Below, piece after piece: positions 1 to 10,533 of a DNA stretch of 64,000 bases. The stretch covers positions 2,560,001 to 2,624,000 of the forward strand of contig OY762721.1 in the NCBI GenBank assembly GCA_963666345.1, read 5' to 3'. Both the position numbers and the translations under genes were made by a program. Below the pieces are notes generated by a model, which ran no database searches, was not told where the DNA came from, and was given only the letters and a program-made list of their open reading frames with translations. Every line of letters starts with the position of its first letter. Positions within the stretch are counted from its first letter, which is position 1. This DNA is from Desulfatiglandales bacterium. GTDB lineage: Bacteria; Desulfobacterota; DSM-4660; Desulfatiglandales; Desulfatiglandaceae.

Positions 1-1
1 T

Positions 2-262
2 TTCGCAGATGGCGCTCCCAACTATGAGCTGGATGGAGGGGAGCTTGAGCAGGGCATCCCAGCCTATATCCTTTTTGAGAAGACCGGCCTCAGAAAGACC
101 AGAAGTGAGGCCAGGAGGCTTATTTCTCAGGGAGGGGGTTATCTTAACGGAACGAAGATAGAGTCCTATGATCAGATTATAGGAGTTGACAATCTGGTAG
201 ACGGCTCAATGCTCTTAAGGGCGGGGAAAAAGAAATATATGCGTATTATGCGGAGCAGTTAG
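2..262 (+). CDS. tyrS: Tyrosyl-tRNA synthetase, C-terminal S4-like domain (partial, runs off left edge)
   Basis: Manual translation from base 2: ...GLRKTRSEARRLISQGGGYLNG...LLRAGKKKY...; TAG at 260-262; typical TyrS C-terminus. Confidence 0.88.
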   Translation, partial: FADGAPNYELDGGELEQGIPAYILFEKTGLRKTRSEARRLISQGGGYLNGTKIESYDQIIGVDNLVDGSMLLRAGKKKYMRIMRSS

Positions 263-363
263 ATTCCGTCCGAGACGGGACGGTCCGACTTTTACCAGGT
301 TGTTATTAACCGGACGTGGAAATCGGGAAAAAGTGAATCTGAGATGCGGGTGAAGACCTTATT

Positions 364-1329
364 ATGAAAAAAGCTAAAGATATGGAAAAGACGGATCTGA
401 GCGGAAAAGAGAAAAAATCCGGAAGGCTTTATCCCACAACCTCCGCAGATGCGAAAGAAAAATCTCTTGTTCCTTATGATCCTCTCCAGATGTATCTGAT
501 GGAGATAAAACAGTACAATCTTCTTACAAGGGAAGAAGAAACGGAACTTGCCACCCGTGTCAGGGAAAACAATGATGAAAAGGCCGCTTACAGGCTCGTT
601 ACATCCAACCTCAGGCTGGTTGTCAAGATTGCAATGGATTTTCATCGGTATTGGACCAAAAATCTGCTGGATCTTATTCAGGAAGGCAATCTGGGATTGC
701 TGCAGGCTGTAAAAAAATTCGATCCCTACAGGGGAATAAAGTTTTCCTATTATGCCTCATTCTGGATCAAGGCATATATGCTCAAGTTTATCATGGATAA
801 TTGGAAGCTGGTAAAGATCGGAACAACCCAGAGCCAGAGAAAACTATTCTTCAATCTGGCAAAGGAAAGGGACAAGCTTATTGCCCAGGGTTTTGAACCG
901 GAACCGAGGCTTCTGGCTGAACGGCTTGATGTCAAGGAGGAAGAGGTAGTTGAGATGAGCCAGCGACTGGGAGGCTGGGAGATATCTCTTAGTGCGCCCG
1001 TTGGAGATGAATCGAGGGAATCCTATGAGGCCCTTCTGCCCGATCCGGGGATCGGCGTTGACGAGCTGCTCTCCGACCATCAGAGCTCCAAGATACTCAA
1101 AGACAGCCTTAAGGAATTCAGGAAAACCCTTTCAGGAAAAGAGGCGGAGATATTCGACAAAAGGATTATGGCAGAAAAACCGGTTACGCTTCAGGATCTT
1201 GGAGATAAGTATAGTATCTCAAGGGAAAGGGTCAGACAAATTCAGGAAAAGACCGTGAAAAACATCAAAAAATATCTGAAAGAGCAGATCCCCAATTTTG
1301 AAGAGGAGTATTACAAGTTTCTAAAGTGA
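364..1329 (+). CDS. rpoH: RNA polymerase sigma-32 factor
   Basis: Sigma70 region 2 (DLIQEGNLGL), RpoH box VKIGTTQSQRKLFFNL, region 4 SRERVRQI. Confidence 0.93.
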   Translation: MKKAKDMEKTDLSGKEKKSGRLYPTTSADAKEKSLVPYDPLQMYLMEIKQYNLLTREEETELATRVRENNDEKAAYRLVTSNLRLVVKIAMDFHRYWTKNLLDLIQEGNLGLLQAVKKFDPYRGIKFSYYASFWIKAYMLKFIMDNWKLVKIGTTQSQRKLFFNLAKERDKLIAQGFEPEPRLLAERLDVKEEEVVEMSQRLGGWEISLSAPVGDESRESYEALLPDPGIGVDELLSDHQSSKILKDSLKEFRKTLSGKEAEIFDKRIMAEKPVTLQDLGDKYSISRERVRQIQEKTVKNIKKYLKEQIPNFEEEYYKFLK

Positions 1330-1550
1330 CAGGGATAGGAAAGGCTGTCTGCTGTTTTTTTGTTGATGTGCTTATCTTCCAAGACCGTTCAGACTGCCAA
1401 GCAGAGATATCCATGCGATGCTGGTACTTTTGTGTATCGGCATTTTTTTCAACGAGAAAAAAGGGTTAAGGGGTAAATCAATACCCGGTCCTTTGGGCCG
1501 GTCTTAATCCGAAGAGCCTATACAAAACAGGAACTATCCCGGTTTATAAA

Positions 1551-3344
1551 ATGTATGCATACTATCTGAAAAAGAGATGGAAATTTCCAAAGACCTTTGA
1601 GGGCCTTGGGACGAAATTGTCCATTTTTATTGCCCTTTTGGGCATGGTGTCGTGCTCTCATTATGAGGCCCGATTTCCGGAGGCCCACGAAACCGTCTTT
1701 TCAGCGGAGAAGGAAGTCGCGGAAGATCAGGAAAAGGACTCGGTTCAGGAAGCCTACCGCTATTTCGCACTTTCCTCATTCGCGATAAGCCATGGCGATT
1801 ATGAGCAGGCCAAGAAGTTTCTTGAGGGTGCGCTTGAACAGGATCCCGATTCCCTTTTCCTCTGCAAGAGGATGGCCCTTATTTTGAAGAGACTCAAAAA
1901 ATATGAAAAGGCTCTGGACTATGCCCTTCGCTCCGCGGCAATCAATCCCAGTGATGAGAAAAGCCTTGTATTAGTGGCGGATCTGTACGCGTTGAAGGGG
2001 GAGGAGGGCCTTGCCATGGATTATTATGAGAAGGCCCTGGTTCTTGAGCCGGATGACCAGAGGGTGCGGCTGCAGCTGAGCACCATTCTTATGAAAAACG
2101 ATCGGTATCCCGAGGCGCTGCAGCAACTTGAAAAGGTTGCCGATGCGGGGCCTCAGCAGATCCTGGCGCATTATTACCGCGGAAGAATCTTTCTTTCCAC
2201 AAAGAGATTCGAAGAGGCGGAGAAGGCGTTTCTTGAATCTCTCGAGCTTGACAGGGCTTTTGAGCCGGCACTCTTTGATCTTGGAACCCTCTACCAGATT
2301 ATCGCCAGAGACGATGATGCCGTAAAGGTGTATGAAAGGCTTCTGGGATACCATCCTGATAATATACCTGCAAGAGAGAGGCTGATAGATCTCTATTTCA
2401 AGCTGGCTAGGATGGAAAAGGCCTTAAGGCATATGGAGCTCTTGAAAAAACAATCCGAGCCCGGGGACCCTGAAAGAAAAGCCTTGGGCCTTATCTACCT
2501 GAGACATGGTAAAATAGATGAATCGATCGAAGAGCTGGGCCTTGCGGTTGCAGTGAATCCGAAGGATTTTAAATCAAGGCATTTTCTCGCGACGGCCTAT
2601 GAGACCGGAGGAAACAATAACAAGGCCCTGGAGCACTTCAGGCTTATAGAACAGGAATCTGAATACTATATCGAGGCCCAGCTTCACATAGCCTATATCC
2701 TGGATGAAGAGGATAAGACCCGGGAGGCCATAGAGATCCTTGACAAGGCCCTTGCGCTTGAAAGAGAGAGGATCGAGATCTACCGGATGCTGTCCGCTCT
2801 GTACGAGTCCGAAAAAAATTATGACAAGGCCATGGAGATTATCGGAAAGGGGCTGAAGATTGATGGTGAAAATATCGCCCTTATTTTCAGGCTTGGCGTG
2901 GTGTTGGACAAAAGGGGCGATAAGGAAAAGGCATTGGATCAGATGAAGAGAATCCTTGAGATCAATCCGGATCACGCGGAATCACTTAATTACATAGGCT
3001 ATACGTATGCGGATCAGGGCATAAGGCTTGATGAGGCCAAGGTGCTTATTGAAAAGGCACTAAGGATAAAACCTGACAGCGGTTATATCCTGGACAGCCT
3101 CGGGTGGGTCTATTTTAAGAAAGGCCAATATGGTGAAGCGGTAAGATACCTTGAGAAGGCTATAGGCATTAATCCCGAAGACCCCACAATAAATGAGCAT
3201 CTGGGAGATGCCTACCTGGAGATGAAAAGTTATGCCAGGGCCCTTGAACGATACAGGAAGGCCTTTTCTCTGAATAAAGAGGGAAAGGGGAATATAAAGG
3301 CAAAAATATTAAGGGTGGAAAGGTTTTTAAACGTTACAAATTGA
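1551..3344 (+). CDS. TPR-repeat lipoprotein (start uncertain)
   Basis: Lipobox-like LLGMVSC, many TPR repeats, C-terminal LNYIGY...DSLGWVYF...EHLGD. Confidence 0.85.
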   Translation: MYAYYLKKRWKFPKTFEGLGTKLSIFIALLGMVSCSHYEARFPEAHETVFSAEKEVAEDQEKDSVQEAYRYFALSSFAISHGDYEQAKKFLEGALEQDPDSLFLCKRMALILKRLKKYEKALDYALRSAAINPSDEKSLVLVADLYALKGEEGLAMDYYEKALVLEPDDQRVRLQLSTILMKNDRYPEALQQLEKVADAGPQQILAHYYRGRIFLSTKRFEEAEKAFLESLELDRAFEPALFDLGTLYQIIARDDDAVKVYERLLGYHPDNIPARERLIDLYFKLARMEKALRHMELLKKQSEPGDPERKALGLIYLRHGKIDESIEELGLAVAVNPKDFKSRHFLATAYETGGNNNKALEHFRLIEQESEYYIEAQLHIAYILDEEDKTREAIEILDKALALERERIEIYRMLSALYESEKNYDKAMEIIGKGLKIDGENIALIFRLGVVLDKRGDKEKALDQMKRILEINPDHAESLNYIGYTYADQGIRLDEAKVLIEKALRIKPDSGYILDSLGWVYFKKGQYGEAVRYLEKAIGINPEDPTINEHLGDAYLEMKSYARALERYRKAFSLNKEGKGNIKAKILRVERFLNVTN

Positions 3345-4153
3345 AAATTCCCTCCAAAGATCGTCCGGCTCCGGTTATCCTTCTGGGGATCCTTCTTTTG
3401 GCAGCTCAATATTGTGCGCCCATGCCTCATAGGATTTCTGAATCCTTTGATAAAAGGGATGTCGCTGGCATTGTTTCAGCCTTTAAAGATCAGGAAACAA
3501 TGGTGGATTCATTCGTTTCGACAGGCAGACTGGAGGTGGAAGATGAAACATCCAGATGGGGTTTTGACGCCCTCATAATAGGAGAAAGAAACCCGCTCAG
3601 GATAAAAATCGAGGTTACCCACGCCTGGGGCAGGCCTGTGGTTCATTGCCTTATAAGCGAGGATAAGATGCTCGTCCTTTATTTCCCGGATAAGACAATC
3701 TATTCCGGAAGGCCCGGTCGGCCTTCATCAAGCCCCTTTTTCTTTGACCGCATGGAGTTGTCTCAGCTATGGGGCCTTTTGCGAGGGTTTCCGGTGCTTC
3801 CGAAGGGTGCCTTGTCCTTTATTTCGGAAGGGCCAGGGATCATACCTCTGGATAAAGAGGGGAGGGCGCTCCAGCGTATAAAAATCGATGCTGAGACTCT
3901 GGTTCCCCGATCGGTCAATGATGAAGCCTTGGGACTTGAGACCGTCTATCCCGGATTTGAAGATCGCAAGGGCATCCTGTATGCGGAAAAAAGATGGTTA
4001 AAGGATCTCAAAAACAACAATAAAATCAGATTGAGTTCAAAAAAAATATCTTTCAATCAACCTCTGCCTGAAGCTGTTTTTGATCTGAAAATCCCTCACG
4101 ATTTTAGAGAGATGCCGCTTGACAGGCTTGACAGGTTTTCTCCTTTCAAATAG
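3341..4153 (+). CDS. LolB-like / DUF4292-like outer-membrane lipoprotein
   Basis: Signal with Cys (LLAAQYC), beta-rich, ends in AVFDLKIP as LolA/LolB-fold proteins do; overlaps TPR gene stop. Confidence 0.5.
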   Translation: MKIPSKDRPAPVILLGILLLAAQYCAPMPHRISESFDKRDVAGIVSAFKDQETMVDSFVSTGRLEVEDETSRWGFDALIIGERNPLRIKIEVTHAWGRPVVHCLISEDKMLVLYFPDKTIYSGRPGRPSSSPFFFDRMELSQLWGLLRGFPVLPKGALSFISEGPGIIPLDKEGRALQRIKIDAETLVPRSVNDEALGLETVYPGFEDRKGILYAEKRWLKDLKNNNKIRLSSKKISFNQPLPEAVFDLKIPHDFREMPLDRLDRFSPFK

Positions 4154-4156
4154 AAC
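4128..4156 (+). promoter_or_regulatory. Sigma70-type promoter upstream of LPS operon
   Basis: TTGACA (4128-4133), 17 nt, TAGAAC (4151-4156). Confidence 0.55.
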
Positions 4157-4170
4157 TCCTAAATGTTATT

Positions 4171-4295
4171 AAAAAGGGGCTGTTTCCCGATCAGTTGAAG
4201 CTGATCAGGTAAGTTAAGTGAGCATCTGCAACTGAGTAGATGTGCCCTTTGAGGATCTAATACTTGGAATTTTTTCCTGTTAGATCGGGAAAAAC
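4171..4295 (+). ncRNA. Candidate structured leader RNA (family not recognised)
   Basis: TTTCCCGATC 4183-92 pairs with GATCGGGAAA 4283-92; internal hairpins at 4189-4206, 4222-4243 and 4254-4286. Confidence 0.35.
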
Positions 4296-4387
4296 CTTAA
4301 GCAAATGAATTTGACCAAATCGGCCTTTTACGCATCCTGATTATGAAATTATCCACCATAGTAATGAAATCCAGGTATTTTTATTAG

Positions 4388-6205
4388 ATGATAGATCGAA
4401 TCCTCGGCAAGGGTATTGCCACCTATGTAAAACGGCACCGTGGGCTGGTGGTGTGCGCACTTTTTCTGACCGCTGTGGCCTCACTTTTTGTCGTCATTCC
4501 TGCCTATCTTCTCCAGCCCTTTGTCGACGCCGGAATGAAGAGCGGTACCGATCCGGTCTCCTGGAAGGTCCCCTGGATAACCTTTGAGTCGGGTTCCTGG
4601 CTTTCCTGGCAGAAAACCGAAAAGGTTATAGTTGACAACATATCGCCAAACCGGCTCCTTGTAATTTTGACCGGAGTGGCCTTCGTGTCCGTCTTCATAA
4701 AATCGATTGCCGTCTATTTGAGCGGCCTTGCGGCCGCCGCGCTATCCAACAGGGCGGTTCTTTCTTTGAGGGTTGATCTTTACAGAAAATTTATTTCCCT
4801 GCCTCTCAGTTTTCATAACAGGGAAAAATCAGGGGAACTGCTTGCTAGGGCCACGGCCGACCTGACGGTAATGCAGGGCCTCATTGCCAATGTGATAATC
4901 GGCCTTATCGAACACCCGCTCACGGCAGTGGTCTTTCTCTGTTTCCTGCTGATCATGAACTACAAATTGACTCTTCTCGTGGTTTTTGTGGTTCCCGTTA
5001 TTATCGGCCTGGTAAGGCTTTTCGGTCGAAAGGTCAAAAAGCATGCGATAATATTGCAGGATGATACGGCAAGGGTCACCGGCGCTTATGAAGAGACCCT
5101 TGTCTGCCTTAAGATCATTCAGGGTTTCTTCACGGGGAAACAGGAAGTGGAAAGATTTGAGCTCCTCACCAAACAGCTCTACAAGACCGTTATGAGATGG
5201 AACAGATGGTTCCTAGGCCTCGGGCCGATGATGGATTCCACTGTATTTCTTGTCCTGCCCGCCGTATTGATTGCAGGAAAAATATATTTCAACCATTCCC
5301 TTGGAGAACTTATGGCCATGATTTATGCCTTTTCCAAGGTGTATAGCCCCATAAAGAAACTGGCCCTTGTCAATAACAATCTGAAGACTCTTCAGGGCGC
5401 GACAAACAGGGTGTTCGGGATAATGGGTACCGTGCCGGCGATTCAGGATCCTCCCTCTGCGGTTGAGCTTCCCAGACATAATAAATCCATTGAATTCAAG
5501 GAGGTGTCTTTCGGATACTCCCCTGATGATATGATTCTTGAAAATATTTCCTTCAGGGCGAAAGCCGGCGAGATGGTGGCATTTGTGGGGGCTACCGGTG
5601 CCGGCAAGAGCACTCTTCTGGATCTCGTGCCCCGTTTCTATGATGTCACGGACGGCAGCATAGAAATCGACGGTGTGGATATCCGAAACGGTACGATTGA
5701 GTCTTTGAGGACCCAGATAGGCATAGTAAATCAGGAGGTGCTGCTCTTTAACGACACAATCGCGAACAATATTTCATATGGGGCCAGAGGGAAAGGCTTT
5801 GAAGAGATAGTCTCCGCTGCAAAGGCCGCGCATGCTCATGGATTCATAACCGCCCAGCCGAAGGGGTATGAGACGGTCGTGGGGGACAGGGGTTCCCTGC
5901 TTTCAGGGGGCCAGAGGCAGAGGATTGCGATCGCTAGGGCGATCCTTGTTGATCCTTCCATCCTGATCCTTGACGAGGCGGCCTCAGCCCTTGATACGAA
6001 AAGCGAAAGGCTTGTTCAGGAGGCACTTGAAAAGCTTAAAGGAGGACCCACCATACTTACCGTGGCCCACAGGCTTAGTACAATCGCCAAGGCGAACAGG
6101 ATATATGTGCTGGAAAAGGGGAGGATCGTTGAATCCGGATCAAGGGAAGAACTGCTGGCTCTGGGCGGGCGGTTCAAGATGCTGTATGACATGCAGTTCA
6201 GCTGA
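4388..6205 (+). CDS. msbA: MsbA-like lipid ABC exporter (TMD+NBD)
   Basis: TM helices, Walker A GATGAGKS, LSGGQRQR, ILILDEA; first gene of LPS cluster. Confidence 0.8.
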   Translation: MIDRILGKGIATYVKRHRGLVVCALFLTAVASLFVVIPAYLLQPFVDAGMKSGTDPVSWKVPWITFESGSWLSWQKTEKVIVDNISPNRLLVILTGVAFVSVFIKSIAVYLSGLAAAALSNRAVLSLRVDLYRKFISLPLSFHNREKSGELLARATADLTVMQGLIANVIIGLIEHPLTAVVFLCFLLIMNYKLTLLVVFVVPVIIGLVRLFGRKVKKHAIILQDDTARVTGAYEETLVCLKIIQGFFTGKQEVERFELLTKQLYKTVMRWNRWFLGLGPMMDSTVFLVLPAVLIAGKIYFNHSLGELMAMIYAFSKVYSPIKKLALVNNNLKTLQGATNRVFGIMGTVPAIQDPPSAVELPRHNKSIEFKEVSFGYSPDDMILENISFRAKAGEMVAFVGATGAGKSTLLDLVPRFYDVTDGSIEIDGVDIRNGTIESLRTQIGIVNQEVLLFNDTIANNISYGARGKGFEEIVSAAKAAHAHGFITAQPKGYETVVGDRGSLLSGGQRQRIAIARAILVDPSILILDEAASALDTKSERLVQEALEKLKGGPTILTVAHRLSTIAKANRIYVLEKGRIVESGSREELLALGGRFKMLYDMQFS

Positions 6206-6469
6206 TTTCCCGCCGGGACCGGGCACGTTCCCGGAGGGTTCAAGATTCAAGGCCCGTCCTGTCGCGACACGGTGATTGATTGATAAACAGGCGGAGCTTC
6301 ATGGTGATGATAGTCTATTGAGAATATGGCAATGTTTATCGGTCCGGGCCATGGGTTAGGGCGAAATGCAAAAGATTACAAAGATTTTAAGTTATGGCGG
6401 AAGTAACAGGGCCTCTGCGTGGAGATATGGAATAACGGTAAAATCATCAAAGAAAGATAAGAAACAATA

Positions 6470-7396
6470 ATGGAAGTTGAGATTTCACTTGTAATAGTAA
6501 ACTGGAACACAAAAGATCTTTTGATGGAGTGCCTCACTTCTGTTTTTGAAACCATCAGGGGAATCCCCTTTGAGGTGTGGGTGGTGGACAATGGCTCGGT
6601 TGATGGCAGTGTCTCTGCCGTGCGGAAAAAATTCCCCCAGGTATCCATTTTAGAAAACGGCAGAAATCTCGGTTTTGCGGTTGCGAACAACCGGGCATTT
6701 GAAAAGATGAACGGCCGGTATGCGGTTCTTCTGAATACGGATGCGGTTCTTACCGAAGGTGCTGTGGAAAAACTGCATGGTTTCATGGAAAAAACCCCTG
6801 AGGCTGCGATGGCATGCGGCCAGCTCCTAAACAGAGACGGCTCCAAGCAGAATTCCTTTGCCAATTTCCCTGCCCTTACCGCCCTGCTTGCCAATGAGAC
6901 CCTTCTGAGGATTTTTTTCCCTGAAAAATTTCCCAGCAAGAGAAGAGATTACAAGGAACCGATTGAAGTGGATTCCTGTGTTGGCGCCTGCATGATGGTG
7001 AGAAAAGAGGCGATGGACAAGGTGGGTCTGTTTGACGAGGATTATTTTTTCTTTTTTGAGGAGACAGACTGGGCCTACCGGATGAAGCAGGCGGACTGGA
7101 AGGTCTTTTTCGTGCCGTCTTCCTTTATATATCATCTGCAGGGGAAAAGTGCCGGGGTAAAGGCCTCGGCAAGGATCATGTTTTACCGCTCAAGGTATAT
7201 ATATTTTTCAAAGTGGCGGCCGAAGGATTTTATCACCGTTCATATTATCCTTTTTTTCAGACTTCTTGTTAATTTCATTTTAAACTTGGCAGGTTTAGCG
7301 GTAACCCTCGGCTTTAGCAGGCGGATAAAAACAAGGCTGTCCGTCTACACGCAATTGCTCCTCTGGCATCTGTCCGGCTGTCCGGACAACAGATAG
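6470..7396 (+). CDS. GT2 glycosyltransferase (WbbL/rhamnosyltransferase-like)
   Basis: VIVNWN, VVDNGSVDGS, NLGFAVANN, LLNTD, FFFEETDW. Confidence 0.88.
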   Translation: MEVEISLVIVNWNTKDLLMECLTSVFETIRGIPFEVWVVDNGSVDGSVSAVRKKFPQVSILENGRNLGFAVANNRAFEKMNGRYAVLLNTDAVLTEGAVEKLHGFMEKTPEAAMACGQLLNRDGSKQNSFANFPALTALLANETLLRIFFPEKFPSKRRDYKEPIEVDSCVGACMMVRKEAMDKVGLFDEDYFFFFEETDWAYRMKQADWKVFFVPSSFIYHLQGKSAGVKASARIMFYRSRYIYFSKWRPKDFITVHIILFFRLLVNFILNLAGLAVTLGFSRRIKTRLSVYTQLLLWHLSGCPDNR

Positions 7397-7408
7397 GTAT
7401 TTTTTTAA

Positions 7409-8512
7409 ATGATTATAAAGGGTAAAGCCTCATTATTCGTTAAACCTAAAGCGATTCTGCTTATACAGCTGGGTGATATCGGGGATGTAATAGTATCCGT
7501 TCCATGCATAAGGGCCCTTAAGGAATGTTTCCCCAACGCGGTAATCGTTGTTGCCGTAAGGGATAAGGCGGCTGGATTGATCCGGGACCTGCCCTGGGTG
7601 GACGAGGCGATCAGTGTAGAGAAAAAGGGCCGTCACCTTATAGAAGCGATAATATATCAGATCCGGTTTTTTACCCATCTGAGGAATCTGCATCTTGATC
7701 TTGCAATAGACCTTCGGATGGGTACACGGGGCGGCATAATGGTGTTTCTGTCAGGGGCTTCTGAGAGAATAGGAGTATACGATTCAAGGGGCACGTTTCG
7801 AAACAGGTTTTTCACCCATCTCTGCCTTCCGGAGGTAATGCCTGGCCGGCATATGGCCAAACATTGTCTGGGCCTTCTGGAACAATACGGCATTTCAACC
7901 GAGGATGAACGGCCCGAACTGGTCGTGAGCGATGAATGTGCCGGAAGGGTTCGCCAATTGCTTGCCGGTGAGGGAGTCTCGGAAGATGAAACTTTAATCG
8001 CGGTTCAGCCCTTTTCTCTGTGGGCCTACAAGGACTGGGGGATTTCAAAGTATGCGGGGCTTATCGAATGGATCAGATCAAGGTATGGGGTTCCGGTCCT
8101 GATTACCGGGTCTGAATCGGAAAGAGAGCAGTCGGATGTGATTTGCGCTAAAACCGGAGGCCGTGTGTATAATATGGCGGGGAAAACCTCTATCGGGGAG
8201 TTGGCCGGCCTTTTGAAGTGCTGTGGCCTTTTCATAGGAGGTGACAGCGCGGGTCTTCATATCGCGGCTGCAGTAGGGACCCCCACAGTGGGGATATACG
8301 GGCCCTCTTCTTCCGAGGCGTGGGCGCCCAGGGGTGAAAAACATTGTGTTGTCAGCAAGGATATGCCGTGCATGCCCTGCAGCCGGAAAGGTTGCAGTGA
8401 CAGCGGAATCAGCCGATGCATGGAGGAGCTTTCCCTGGAAGAGGTCATCGCGGACATTGATGGCCATATTGAGAAACTTCTAGAAGTAAAGAAACGTGAG
8501 ATAAGTCTATGA
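7409..8512 (+). CDS. GT9 LPS heptosyltransferase family
   Basis: LGDIGDVI, GKTSIGELAGLL, GGDSAGLHIAAAVGTP. Confidence 0.9.
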   Translation: MIIKGKASLFVKPKAILLIQLGDIGDVIVSVPCIRALKECFPNAVIVVAVRDKAAGLIRDLPWVDEAISVEKKGRHLIEAIIYQIRFFTHLRNLHLDLAIDLRMGTRGGIMVFLSGASERIGVYDSRGTFRNRFFTHLCLPEVMPGRHMAKHCLGLLEQYGISTEDERPELVVSDECAGRVRQLLAGEGVSEDETLIAVQPFSLWAYKDWGISKYAGLIEWIRSRYGVPVLITGSESEREQSDVICAKTGGRVYNMAGKTSIGELAGLLKCCGLFIGGDSAGLHIAAAVGTPTVGIYGPSSSEAWAPRGEKHCVVSKDMPCMPCSRKGCSDSGISRCMEELSLEEVIADIDGHIEKLLEVKKREISL

Positions 8513-9321
8513 AAAGTTTTTTCAAAAATATCGCAAGCGCCCTCCTGTATCTTCTGCCATCCGAGATGAGATATGAGATCTGCCGTCACCATGCGAACAA
8601 GGAATTTGCGGAAAACAGGAGTGATTTCAGGAGCAACGGCGAACTATGGTTAATGGAGAAGATCATCCCCGGGGTTTCCACTGTTTTCGATGTGGGGGCC
8701 CATAGGGGCGAATGGGCGTCAGAGGCGTTGAGAATAAACAAAGATATCGAGCTTCATTGTTTTGAGCCGTGCAGCCGTTCCTATTCGGAACTTGAAAAGG
8801 GTGAATTCGGAGAAAAGATCTTTCTCAATAATTTCGGCCTGGGTTCGCAGCAATGTGAAAAGACGATGTATATCTTTGATGGCTCAGGTGAAGGAAATTC
8901 TCTTTTTATCCGTTCCGGGCTTGAATTAAGGAAGGATTATTCTCCGCAGGACAGATCCGAGACCGTGCGGATTGAAACCCTGGACGACTATTGTACGGAT
9001 AAAGGGATAGGTAATATCGATTTTCTGAAAATCGATGTCGAGGGTAATGAACTGGCAGTGATTGAAGGGGCAAAGGGGCTTTTCGGTCATGAGGCTATAG
9101 GGGTTGCTGTCTTTGAATATGGCGGCGCCTATATAGATTCAAGGATACTTCTGAAAGATTTTTTTCAGTTTTTTTCTGAAACCGATTACGACATTTTTCT
9201 CCTGTATCCCGACAAGGTGGCTCCCATACCGATATATGACTGCAGGCTGGAAAATTTTCAGTACAAAAATTTTCTTATCGTCAACAGGGCCATAACAGAG
9301 AAAATAGGCATTTTCAGCTGA
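8509..9321 (+). CDS. FkbM-family methyltransferase
   Basis: VFDVGAHRGEW, CFEP, FLKIDVEGNE. Confidence 0.88.
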   Translation: MKSFFKNIASALLYLLPSEMRYEICRHHANKEFAENRSDFRSNGELWLMEKIIPGVSTVFDVGAHRGEWASEALRINKDIELHCFEPCSRSYSELEKGEFGEKIFLNNFGLGSQQCEKTMYIFDGSGEGNSLFIRSGLELRKDYSPQDRSETVRIETLDDYCTDKGIGNIDFLKIDVEGNELAVIEGAKGLFGHEAIGVAVFEYGGAYIDSRILLKDFFQFFSETDYDIFLLYPDKVAPIPIYDCRLENFQYKNFLIVNRAITEKIGIFS

Positions 9322-9326
9322 TTCAA

Positions 9327-10484
9327 ATGAAAGACCCTCTGAAAATATACAGAAAAAGATTCAGGTCCTGGAAAAACAATGTCCGGCTTGAAAGGGAGAA
9401 GATTTACTATTCTTCAATGTTTAAGGAAAAAAATCTCAGCCTTATCGGACAAGGGGATATAAAGGAAGAAATAGCAACAGGGCGACCCGGAATTAAACCA
9501 ACGCCCAAAGGGTTTTTAAATATCGCCGCCATATATCACCATTATAACTGGGAGGATTATTCACTCAAACCGTCACTTGAAAAATTCGGGGCTGTTCGCC
9601 GTTATGATTGGTTTGAGAAATTCAATCATCAAATGCCGAATTGGCACAAATCGGAAAAGGCAAAGATGAACAATGACATGGTTGACCGGATCAAGCAGTG
9701 GAATAAAGAGTCAAAAATCGATGTCATATTTTCATATTTATCAGGAGCGCTTGTATCTCCGGAATCCTTGAAGGAATTGTCTTTCCTCTGCATCCCCATG
9801 GTAAATCTTTCGTTGAACGATAAGGAGTATTTCGTGGGTAAGTTGAGGAAGGGGATAGCGATGGGGCAGAGGGACATATGCCGGTATTTCGATCTGTGCT
9901 GGACGAGCACTGAAGATTCTCTTGTAAAATACCGCGTTGAAGGGGCCACCCCTGTTTACCTTCCCGAGGGCGCCAATCCCGCGGTTCACAAACCTTATGA
10001 TGAGGCAAAAACAATTGATGTCTCCTTTGTGGGGCAGTGCTACGGTGAACGGCCAAGAATTATTGCAGGACTGAGGGAAAAGGGAATCAAAGTCGAGGCA
10101 TTCGGCTACGGCTGGCCCAACGGGCCTTTGAGCGTGGATGAAATGGTTCGATTGTATTCCAGAAGCAGGATCAATCTCGGCTTCGGCGGTGTTGCGGACC
10201 TGAAAGACACCTATTGCCTCAAAGGAAGGGATTTCGAGGTGCCTATGAGCGGAGGGCTGTACCTGACGGAATATCATGCCGAGCTGGAAAGGTTTTTTGA
10301 ATTAGGCAAAGAGATTGCTGTTTACAGTAATTTTGATGATCTGGCGGAAAAAATCAGGTATTACCTGAGTCATACTGAAGAAGCCGATGCGATAAGGAAA
10401 AGAGGGCTTGCCAGGGCACGTGATGAACACACATGGGAAAGACGCTTTGAGAGAATTTTTCGGCTTTTGAACCTCCTCAATTAA
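9327..10484 (+). CDS. CgeB-like glycosyltransferase (Glyco_trans_1_2)
   Basis: DVSFVGQ, SRINLGF, KGRDFEVPMSGG, EHTWERR. Confidence 0.8.
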   Translation: MKDPLKIYRKRFRSWKNNVRLEREKIYYSSMFKEKNLSLIGQGDIKEEIATGRPGIKPTPKGFLNIAAIYHHYNWEDYSLKPSLEKFGAVRRYDWFEKFNHQMPNWHKSEKAKMNNDMVDRIKQWNKESKIDVIFSYLSGALVSPESLKELSFLCIPMVNLSLNDKEYFVGKLRKGIAMGQRDICRYFDLCWTSTEDSLVKYRVEGATPVYLPEGANPAVHKPYDEAKTIDVSFVGQCYGERPRIIAGLREKGIKVEAFGYGWPNGPLSVDEMVRLYSRSRINLGFGGVADLKDTYCLKGRDFEVPMSGGLYLTEYHAELERFFELGKEIAVYSNFDDLAEKIRYYLSHTEEADAIRKRGLARARDEHTWERRFERIFRLLNLLN

Positions 10485-10533
10485 ATGCCGGGCACTTTAA
10501 CCTTCAGCAAGAGAAAGAGCGGAAAACTGTTTC

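Noticed and set aside
4171..4295. 6S or SRP RNA
   Set aside because: Too short for 6S with no central bubble pattern; no SRP GGAA-loop motif
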